Assembly (NCBI GenBank): GCA_964291625.2
Contig: OZ220089.1
Coordinates: 928,001-992,000 of the forward strand
DNA from: Candidatus Latescibacterota bacterium
GTDB taxonomy: Bacteria; Latescibacterota; UBA2968; UBA8231
Reading direction: 5' to 3'
Length of the DNA stretch: 64,000 nt
Every line of letters starts with the position of its first letter. The first letter of the stretch is position 1. A program made the position numbers and the translations under genes. Under the pieces are notes generated by a model, which saw only the letters and a list, made by a program, of their open reading frames with translations, had not been told where the DNA came from and did no database searches. Of this stretch, positions 56,186 through 64,000 are shown in pieces.

Positions 56186-59100
56186 GTCTTCCGGGGCGAA
56201 GCTGCCCCGGCCTCATTGAAGCTTCTTTGGTGAAGTCTTGCCGGAGATTGCCCGAGGCGTCTTCCGGGGCGAAGCTGCCCCGGCCTCATTGAAGCAGGGG
56301 GGGGAGCTGATCGACGATCCACGACATGATGTCTTCCGGGGCGAAGCTGCCCCGGCCTCATTGAAGCGGGGGGGTGGCCCGGGGGGTTGGGGGAGAACCT
56401 GGCCTGTCTTCCGGGGCGAAGCTGCCCCGGCCTCATTGAAGCCGCCGCGGCCGCCGGCCCGCCGGGCCCGGCCGCCCAGTCTTCCGGGGCGAAGCTGCCC
56501 CGGCCTCATTGAAGCAGGTTGGCGCTTGTCAGGTAGAGGATCGACGGCGCGTCTTCCGGGGCGAAGCTGCCCCGGCCTCATTGAAGCGACGTAGTGGGGA
56601 TTGTCGTCCAACTCCAGGTATCCGTCTTCCGGGGCGAAGCTGCCCCGGCCTCATTGAAGCCCGGGAACTCGGCGAGGAGCTGGCCGAACGCCACGCGTCT
56701 TCCGGGGCGAAGCTGCCCCGGCCTCATTGAAGCGTGAAGTCGGCGCCCGAGGACGCCCCGCTGACGATGTCTTCCGGGGCGAAGCTGCCCCGGCCTCATT
56801 GAAGCCAGGCGGAGGTTGGGTTCGTCCGTCTCGCCCTCGGCCGGTCTTCCGGGGCGAAGCTGCCCCGGCCTCATTGAAGCGACAGCAGGCCGTAGGAGGC
56901 CGCCGTCGCCCCGGCGGGTCTTCCGGGGCGAAGCTGCCCCGGCCTCATTGAAGCGGGCGGACCCTTGTCGCTACGTATGGCTTCAAGGAACGTCTTCCGG
57001 GGCGAAGCTGCCCCGGCCTCATTGAAGCCGCGGGCCCGTCACGGCGCCTCGCCGCCGGCGCCCCGGTCTTCCGGGGCGAAGCTGCCCCGGCCTCATTGAA
57101 GCGTGTACTGGCCCGCGTCGCTGGCGGCCCCGGTCTGTTGTCTTCCGGGGCGAAGCTGCCCCGGCCTCATTGAAGCTGGAGTTAGGAATACGGCCATGCG
57201 ACCGCCGATTGTGTCTTCCGGGGCGAAGCTGCCCCGGCCTCATTGAAGCAGGGCCTCCAGCGGGGTATGAGAGTCCACGACCACGGGTCTTCCGGGGCGA
57301 AGCTGCCCCGGCCTCATTGAAGCATCCCAAGGCGCTCGTCCCCTTCAACGCGATCCTGGGTCTTCCGGGGCGAAGCTGCCCCGGCCTCATTGAAGCCGAG
57401 GCCCTGGAGTCCAACTTCATCACTCAGATCCTGTCTTCCGGGGCGAAGCTGCCCCGGCCTCATTGAAGCGGAACGAATGCGGCAACGGCCGTGTCGTAGC
57501 TTACCAGTCTTCCGGGGCGAAGCTGCCCCGGCCTCATTGAAGCCCCTCCGGGCCCGGCCGCTACCACTTCCGGGTGCGCGCGTCTTCCGGGGCGAAGCTG
57601 CCCCGGCCTCATTGAAGCGCCCTGAACGCCCGGGACAGGTGGGGTACCTTCATGGTGTCTTCCGGGGCGAAGCTGCCCCGGCCTCATTGAAGCCCGGGGG
57701 TGATGGACTACGACTTGACGGAGGTCGAGTCTTCCGGGGCGAAGCTGCCCCGGCCTCATTGAAGCCGACGAGCTCGGCGGGGAGGATCTGCAGAAGCTGG
57801 GTCTTCCGGGGCGAAGCTGCCCCGGCCTCATTGAAGCCGGTGAAGCAGGGTCGCGTCCCAGGCCTTGACCTCCTGTCTTCCGGGGCGAAGCTGCCCCGGC
57901 CTCATTGAAGCCCCGTCGTCTTCATCTTCCCGGTCGTCGCCGGGGTCTTGTCTTCCGGGGCGAAGCTGCCCCGGCCTCATTGAAGCCGGAACATCCAGGC
58001 GGCGCAGGACACGGAATCGGCCTTGTCTTCCGGGGCGAAGCTGCCCCGGCCTCATTGAAGCCCGAGGTCGATTCCACGGACCGGATGCCGGTGAGCCGTC
58101 TTCCGGGGCGAAGCTGCCCCGGCCTCATTGAAGCCTCGACCAGAACCCCACCGACATGCCGGACACGTCCGTCTTCCGGGGCGAAGCTGCCCCGGCCTCA
58201 TTGAAGCGTGAATGCGATCCGGGCCTTGCCGCCCTTCCGGTAGGTCTTCCGGGGCGAAGCTGCCCCGGCCTCATTGAAGCGAGATCACCGGGTTCACCAG
58301 CGGCACGGTCACCACCGTCTTCCGGGGCGAAGCTGCCCCGGCCTCATTGAAGCCGGCCGGCCGTGGCGCTTGTTCCACACGCCGAGCCCGGACCAGTCTT
58401 CCGGGGCGAAGCTGCCCCGGCCTCATTGAAGCCCCGGGCCCCGCGGCCAGGTCGAAGCGCGCGAACGCCGTCTTCCGGGGCGAAGCTGCCCCGGCCTCAT
58501 TGAAGCATAGGGCACGGGCACATCGGCGTCCGGGCGAGGGGAGTCTTCCGGGGCGAAGCTGCCCCGGCCTCATTGAAGCGGCACGACCAGCTGGCTCTCC
58601 ATCCACGCGATGTTCCGGTCTTCCGGGGCGAAGCTGCCCCGGCCTCATTGAAGCGATCCCGCCCGGGCGCACGTGCAGCAGATCCAAAGGGGTCTTCCGG
58701 GGCGAAGCTGCCCCGGCCTCATTGAAGCACGGATCCCCTCTTCTCGGCGAGTGCGATCAGATGGTCTTCCGGGGCGAAGCTGCCCCGGCCTCATTGAAGC
58801 AGGTTGTCGACCGTGATCGTGGCCGTGGACCGGAGCGTCTTCCGGGGCGAAGCTGCCCCGGCCTCATTGAAGCACGGTGATCGGCACCGTGACCGACACC
58901 CCGCCGGACGTCTTCCGGGGCGAAGCTGCCCCGGCCTCATTGAAGCCTCTTGTCAGTTGCCATACCTGCTTCACCGCCTTTCGTGTCTTCCGGGGCGAAG
59001 CTGCCCCGGCCTCATTGAAGCGTATCCCGTGCGTCATCGACGCGCCTCTATCGGGTGTCTTCCGGGGCGAAGCTGCCCCGGCCTCATTGAAGCACGTCCA

Positions 59101-61319
59101 GGTAGTGCCACGGCCCCGGGACGCGGCCCTTGTCTTCCGGGGCGAAGCTGCCCCGGCCTCATTGAAGCACGTAGAAGCTGTAATACTCCCCGGGCGCAAT
59201 CAGCCACGTCTTCCGGGGCGAAGCTGCCCCGGCCTCATTGAAGCCCGGGACTATCGGGGCCCTCCCGGCCCCCTCGAAGATGTCTTCCGGGGCGAAGCTG
59301 CCCCGGCCTCATTGAAGCGACGGCGGCGGGGCCTTCCTTCAGAAGTGGGAGAACAGTCTTCCGGGGCGAAGCTGCCCCGGCCTCATTGAAGCAACGACAG
59401 CTAGCTGCGCGTTGCGATCCGCCGCCTTGTCTTCCGGGGCGAAGCTGCCCCGGCCTCATTGAAGCTACGCCTATGGGAGTCGCTTCAGCATGTCCCGCCA
59501 GTCTTCCGGGGCGAAGCTGCCCCGGCCTCATTGAAGCTGGGAGAGCGTGCGGACCCTGTCCCTATGGAGCGCCGAGTCTTCCGGGGCGAAGCTGCCCCGG
59601 CCTCATTGAAGCTCCTTCTTCGTCCAGTCCTTCCCGGCCGGCTGCAGGCGGGTCTTCCGGGGCGAAGCTGCCCCGGCCTCATTGAAGCGACCAGCCCGTC
59701 CGTCTTCACTTGTCGCCCTCCTCCGCTGTCTTCCGGGGCGAAGCTGCCCCGGCCTCATTGAAGCCCGCTCGGACCCGGCCCGGTATGCCCACGTCTACGG
59801 AGTCTTCCGGGGCGAAGCTGCCCCGGCCTCATTGAAGCCCCAGGCCGTGGTAGTGCAGCGGCGCCGTCGCCGTCCGTCTTCCGGGGCGAAGCTGCCCCGG
59901 CCTCATTGAAGCACGCCGATTCACGCCGATTCACGCCGGAGTCCTCGAGGTCTTCCGGGGCGAAGCTGCCCCGGCCTCATTGAAGCCGATGGCCGTCGTT
60001 GGTCGACGGCTCGCGGGTGGTGGCGTCTTCCGGGGCGAAGCTGCCCCGGCCTCATTGAAGCGGGATGAACTCGATCGAGAGACCGCGGAGGATGCGAGGT
60101 CTTCCGGGGCGAAGCTGCCCCGGCCTCATTGAAGCTGGGTGGCCATGCTGTCCCTCCGTGGGGTGGGTGATCGTCTTCCGGGGCGAAGCTGCCCCGGCCT
60201 CATTGAAGCTTGGATAGCGGGGTGTAGTTGTCCGTCACACGGATGGTGTCTTCCGGGGCGAAGCTGCCCCGGCCTCATTGAAGCACCGTCACCCGCTCAG
60301 GGGATCTATCCATACCCGTATGTCTTCCGGGGCGAAGCTGCCCCGGCCTCATTGAAGCCGCCTTCAGTCATTACCACACGTAACCACGCCGCCGGTCTTC
60401 CGGGGCGAAGCTGCCCCGGCCTCATTGAAGCGGATTGACGGGGCGAAGGGTCTTGAGCAGGGCCGAGTCTTCCGGGGCGAAGCTGCCCCGGCCTCATTGA
60501 AGCGCGTTGAGGATGTAGAGGCCGGTCTTGAGGTTCACCGTCTTCCGGGGCGAAGCTGCCCCGGCCTCATTGAAGCAGGTGCGGACACACTTCGGCTGGT
60601 TGTGCCGGACCGGTCTTCCGGGGCGAAGCTGCCCCGGCCTCATTGAAGCGCTTGTACCCCCTCCAGACGCCTATACGGGCCCCAGAGTCTTCCGGGGCGA
60701 AGCTGCCCCGGCCTCATTGAAGCGCCGTGTCCGACCTGCCGGCCGCCGGCGGGGCCTCGTGTCTTCCGGGGCGAAGCTGCCCCGGCCTCATTGAAGCTTG
60801 TCCAGCGCCTGGCGGGTCAGGCGGAGGGAGCGGGGTCTTCCGGGGCGAAGCTGCCCCGGCCTCATTGAAGCGCCAACAGGGAGGCTTTCGAAGCCTACCG
60901 CCGCGGGGTCGTCTTCCGGGGCGAAGCTGCCCCGGCCTCATTGAAGCGGGCCTCTCTGCGTCCTACGGGCGATCTGCGGCGGTCGTCTTCCGGGGCGAAG
61001 CTGCCCCGGCCTCATTGAAGCACAAGAGGCACCAGGGCCTCCAGATGCGCGATGGCCGCCTGTCTTCCGGGGCGAAGCTGCCCCGGCCTCATTGAAGCCG
61101 TATAGCGCCGGGCTTGACCTACCCTTCCCTCACGTCTTCCGGGGCGAAGCTGCCCCGGCCTCATTGAAGCTCGCTCGGAAACGGCACCAACAACCCGCGC
61201 GGCGGGGGTCTTCCGGGGCGAAGCTGCCCCGGCCTCGTGGACGATTGAAGCGAGCCGTCACCTACATCGGCGGGGTCCTGGGTCTTCCGGGGCGAAGCTG
61301 CCCCGGCCTCCTTGAAAGC
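56186..61319 (+). CRISPR. CRISPR array: 70 repeats / 69 spacers; 37-nt repeat GTCTTCCGGGGCGAAGCTGCCCCGGCCTCATTGAAGC
   Basis: Manually enumerated. Period 72-79 bp, spacers mostly 35-39 nt, hairpin CCGGGGC/GCCCCGG, 3' ATTGAAGC. The last two repeats are aberrant, placing the trailer at the right end. Confidence 0.98.
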
Positions 61320-61362
61320 GCCGGCCTGGCCGCGGCCAAGGCCGGCGCTTTCAATGAGGCCG
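61304..61362. repeat. ~59-bp near-perfect palindrome at the array trailer end
   Basis: cggcctccttgaaagcgccggcctggccg pairs with cggccaaggccggcgctttcaatgaggccg (one mismatch, one bulge). Confidence 0.85.
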
Positions 61363-61569
61363 ACAATCAACCGATCGACCAGAGCGAGTCGTCGCAGGCT
61401 TCCTTACAGAGCTGGCGCGGAATCCGCGGGAGAGGGGGCAGCCAGCGGCGGCGCGAGCAGGATCGCGGCCAAGGCGGTGTGGCGGCCGAGCCTTCGACCC
61501 GTTGTTGCCGGGTTGGCGGACTCGGCCTCGGAAGTGAATATCTTGGGCTGACTTGAAAGGAGCGTCACA

Positions 61570-61815
61570 GTGCCGGAGACAATCAGCGCCAGGGAGTTGC
61601 GGGAGCGCTTGGAGGAAATCGTAGAGAAAGTGCGGCTCGGTGGACGATTCACCGTTCTCTACCGCGGTCGACCCGCCTTCGACATCGTCCCGGTCGCGAG
61701 TCCACCGATCGGTAGCGTGCCCTTGGCACTGGACCCTCTCTACCAGGCGCCGGCCGTTGGTGCGTCCGAGACCGGGGACGCCGCCGCCCGGCATGACGAG
61801 GTCCTACACCGGTGA
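61570..61815 (+). CDS. Phd/YefM-family antitoxin (no intact toxin downstream)
   Basis: AAGGAG RBS; TISARELRERLEEIVEKV..G..FTVLYRGRP is a Phd/YefM N-terminal pattern. Confidence 0.85.
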   Translation: MPETISARELRERLEEIVEKVRLGGRFTVLYRGRPAFDIVPVASPPIGSVPLALDPLYQAPAVGASETGDAAARHDEVLHR

Positions 61816-61842
61816 GCGCCCGGACGGTCCGTCTCGCGCCCC

Positions 61843-62259
61843 TCACGCCCCCGGCTGCTTCGCCTCCACCGCGTAGAGCGGTATGCCGCCCAGGTGCTGC
61901 CCGTCCACCCTCAGGACGAACTCGTACGGTCCCGCCCTGGCCAGGGGCAGGTTCTGGATGTTCATCACCACTTCGGCGAAGACGGGTACGCCCGGTGCGG
62001 GCCGGCTCTTCTCATCGAGTCGGAACTCCGCCTTCATCGGCTTCGCGATGTCCTTGTAGTCGGCGTCGACGAAGGACAGCTCGATCTCGTGGGAACCCGT
62101 CTCCGAGAGGTCTCCCTCGATCCGGATGAGCAGGGAGAGACTGGGGTGCAGGCAGGGAAACTTCCCGGCGTGGATCGCCTGGAAGGTCCCGATGATGTTC
62201 ATCTTGCCCTGGGCGCCCGGGGCCACCGAGTCGGCCAGGAGGCCGTATTTCAAATGCAT
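61843..62259 (-). CDS. DUF6941-like small beta-sandwich protein
   Basis: LLADSV...GKMNIIGTF.AI.A..FP..HPSL...GPYEFVLRVDG. Confidence 0.7.
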   Translation of the reverse strand: MHLKYGLLADSVAPGAQGKMNIIGTFQAIHAGKFPCLHPSLSLLIRIEGDLSETGSHEIELSFVDADYKDIAKPMKAEFRLDEKSRPAPGVPVFAEVVMNIQNLPLARAGPYEFVLRVDGQHLGGIPLYAVEAKQPGA

Positions 62260-62265
62260 GACGTG

Positions 62266-63849
62266 ATGGAGCATCGAAGATCGGCGGACGCCGCGCAAGG
62301 CCCCCGCATGATCAGCAACGACGACGGCTGGCTGGTCTCCAACGGCGATGTGGAAGCCACGCCGGAGGCGATCCAGGAGCACATGGTCCGCACCTACGAG
62401 GGCTCCCCCGTCGACGCCGTGAGCTGGTGCGTGGGCAACCGCGAGGTCTACAACCACGAGACCGACGTGGGCGAGCGCTTCGGCGAGGGCCGGGACGACC
62501 TGGAGGGTCCGGACGCGGTGCGCAAGGCCAACCGCGAACGGCTCATCGAGGCCGCCGGGGGTCCCCTGACCGAGATCACCCGCCAGTTCCACGAGGCGGG
62601 GATGAGGCTGCTGGCCTCGGTGCGCATGAACAGCCACTACGTCGCCGAGTACGCGTCGCCGGGCTTCGGCGAGTTCCGGCGGCGACACGCCGACTGCCTC
62701 ATCGGCCGGCCCGACGAGGACATCCCGGCGCCGAGCGTGGAGCACGCCATCCACCGCGGCGTGGACTACAAGTATCCGGTCGTTCGCGAGCACATGGAGG
62801 CCATCGTCTGCGAGCTGTTCGAGCGCTTCGACGTGGACGGCGTCGAGCTCGACTACATGCGCCATCCCGCCTTCTTCCGGGTCGAGGAGGGCCTGGCCTG
62901 CGGCTACCTGATGACCGACTTCCTGGGCCGCATCCGCCGGCGCCTCGAGGCCGAGTGCTCCCGGCGCGGCCGTCGGGTGGAGCTGCTGGTGCGCGTGCCC
63001 CCGACCCTGGCCGACTCCCGGCGCCTCGGCCTGGACGTGGAGCGCTGGATCGGCGACAGCCTCGTGGACGCGGTGGCGGCCGGGGGCGGCTTCATCCCCT
63101 TCGAGACCCCCGTCGAGGAGTTCGTCGCCGCCGCCGAGGGCACCGACTGCCGCGTCTACGGCAGCCTCGAGGCCCTGCGCCCCTGCCTGGACGAGGGGGC
63201 CCTGCGGGCCCTGGCGGCGCGCTGGTGGGACGCCGGCGTCGACGGGCTCTACCTGTTCAACTACTACGGGGCGCCCAGTGAGTGGAAGCGGCGCGTCCTC
63301 GGCGGGATCGCCGACCGCGAGGGGCTGTCGCGCCGTGACAAGCGCTACGGTCTCGACCGCTGCCTGCTCGGCAAGGAGGGCCACGGCGGCGCCTTCAACC
63401 ACGCCCACCCGCTGGTCTCCCTGCCCGTCTTCCTGGAGGAGACCCGGCCCGGCGGCGGCTGCGAGCTGAGCCTGGAGATCGCCGACGACGCGGAAGCGGC
63501 CGCGGCCGACGGCAGGCTGGACCGCTGCGTCCTCGGCCTCGGGCTGGAGGGGCTCTCCGAGGGCGACGAGCTGGAGGTCCGGTGGAACGGGCGGGTGCTG
63601 CCCTGGGAGGAGCGGCGCGTCTCCCGCGACGGCTGGACCGCGGCGGCCCTGGCCGGCCCGCCCCTCGATCCGAAGATCGGCACCACCACCGAGGAGGGGA
63701 CGCTCATCGAGCTGGACGCCGCGTCTCCGCCGCCACGGCGGGGGAAGAACCAGCTGCGCATCCGGCTGGTGCGAGGAGTGGACTCCCCTCGACGGGCCGT
63801 GGTGCTCAAGGAGGTCCGCCTCGACATCTCCTACCGGCAGGAGGGGTAG
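62266..63849 (+). CDS. Glycoside hydrolase family 10-like (GHL10-type) TIM-barrel protein
   Basis: ISNDDG, LASVRMN, DYKYPVVR, FDVDGVELDYMRHP, GLDVERWI, GVDGLYLFNY. Confidence 0.7.
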   Translation: MEHRRSADAAQGPRMISNDDGWLVSNGDVEATPEAIQEHMVRTYEGSPVDAVSWCVGNREVYNHETDVGERFGEGRDDLEGPDAVRKANRERLIEAAGGPLTEITRQFHEAGMRLLASVRMNSHYVAEYASPGFGEFRRRHADCLIGRPDEDIPAPSVEHAIHRGVDYKYPVVREHMEAIVCELFERFDVDGVELDYMRHPAFFRVEEGLACGYLMTDFLGRIRRRLEAECSRRGRRVELLVRVPPTLADSRRLGLDVERWIGDSLVDAVAAGGGFIPFETPVEEFVAAAEGTDCRVYGSLEALRPCLDEGALRALAARWWDAGVDGLYLFNYYGAPSEWKRRVLGGIADREGLSRRDKRYGLDRCLLGKEGHGGAFNHAHPLVSLPVFLEETRPGGGCELSLEIADDAEAAAADGRLDRCVLGLGLEGLSEGDELEVRWNGRVLPWEERRVSRDGWTAAALAGPPLDPKIGTTTEEGTLIELDAASPPPRRGKNQLRIRLVRGVDSPRRAVVLKEVRLDISYRQEG

Positions 63850-63861
63850 CGGTTCCGCCCG

Positions 63862-63890
63862 TTGCAGAAAGGGCCGGCGCCGGGTACATT
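63862..63890 (+). promoter_or_regulatory. Sigma70-type promoter of ssrA
   Basis: TTGCAG (63862-63867), 17-bp spacer, TACATT (63885-63890), ~30 bp upstream of the mature 5' end. Confidence 0.7.
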
Positions 63891-63920
63891 CGCCGAAGTG
63901 AACGGATGATCCGGCTTCGT

Positions 63921-64000
63921 GGGGGCGACTTGGCTTCGACGGGGGTGGAGAATTCGAGAGCGCGTGCCGAGGTCCCCGACAACCTCGCTAATCCTCGGGA
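63921..64000 (+). ncRNA. ssrA: tmRNA, 5' portion (runs off window)
   Basis: GGGGGCGACTTGGCTTCGACGGGG matches the tmRNA 5' tRNA-like end; GCGTGCCGAGG precedes pseudoknot 1. Confidence 0.88.

Noticed and set aside
56158-61556. Many short ORFs with recurring VFRGEAAPASLK / MRPGQLRPGR
   Set aside because: Translations of the CRISPR repeat.
63921-64000. tmRNA as the integration site of the cas locus
   Set aside because: Islands usually integrate at the ssrA 3' end, which is outside the window; no integrase or att duplication was seen upstream.

Overview
High-GC bacterial window in three parts. (1) 1-44831 is one continuous minus-strand run. It holds tandem pairs of a POTRA-less Omp85-type barrel and a secreted kinase-fold protein; modular secreted/surface proteins (collagen lipoproteins, LRR, WD40, YWTD, GLUG, CARDB, cadherin-like, dockerin/EF-hand plus FlgD-Ig tails); a six-gene operon of pseudo-trypsin-FHA, vWA, MotA/ExbB, FHA, PP2C and Ser/Thr kinase-ankyrin; a WYL regulator; and an FtsX/M28 + DUF6785-like + OPT-like transporter trio. 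The load of eukaryote-like repeats resembles sponge-associated FCB-group bacteria such as Latescibacterota (inference only). (2) 45268-61319 is a complete type I-G (formerly I-U) CRISPR-Cas locus: csb1/cas7, csb2, cas3, csb3/cas8g2, an AAA-ATPase, cas4-cas1, cas2, leader, and 70 repeats / 69 spacers (manual count). It is flanked by a broken aspartyl-protease gene and an orphan antitoxin. The standout feature is a ~235-aa type I phosphoribosyltransferase domain inserted in frame inside Csb2. (3) The end carries a DUF6941-like gene, a GH10-like TIM-barrel gene and the 5' part of tmRNA with its promoter. Start codons were refined by eye, and family assignments come from motif recognition, not database searches.
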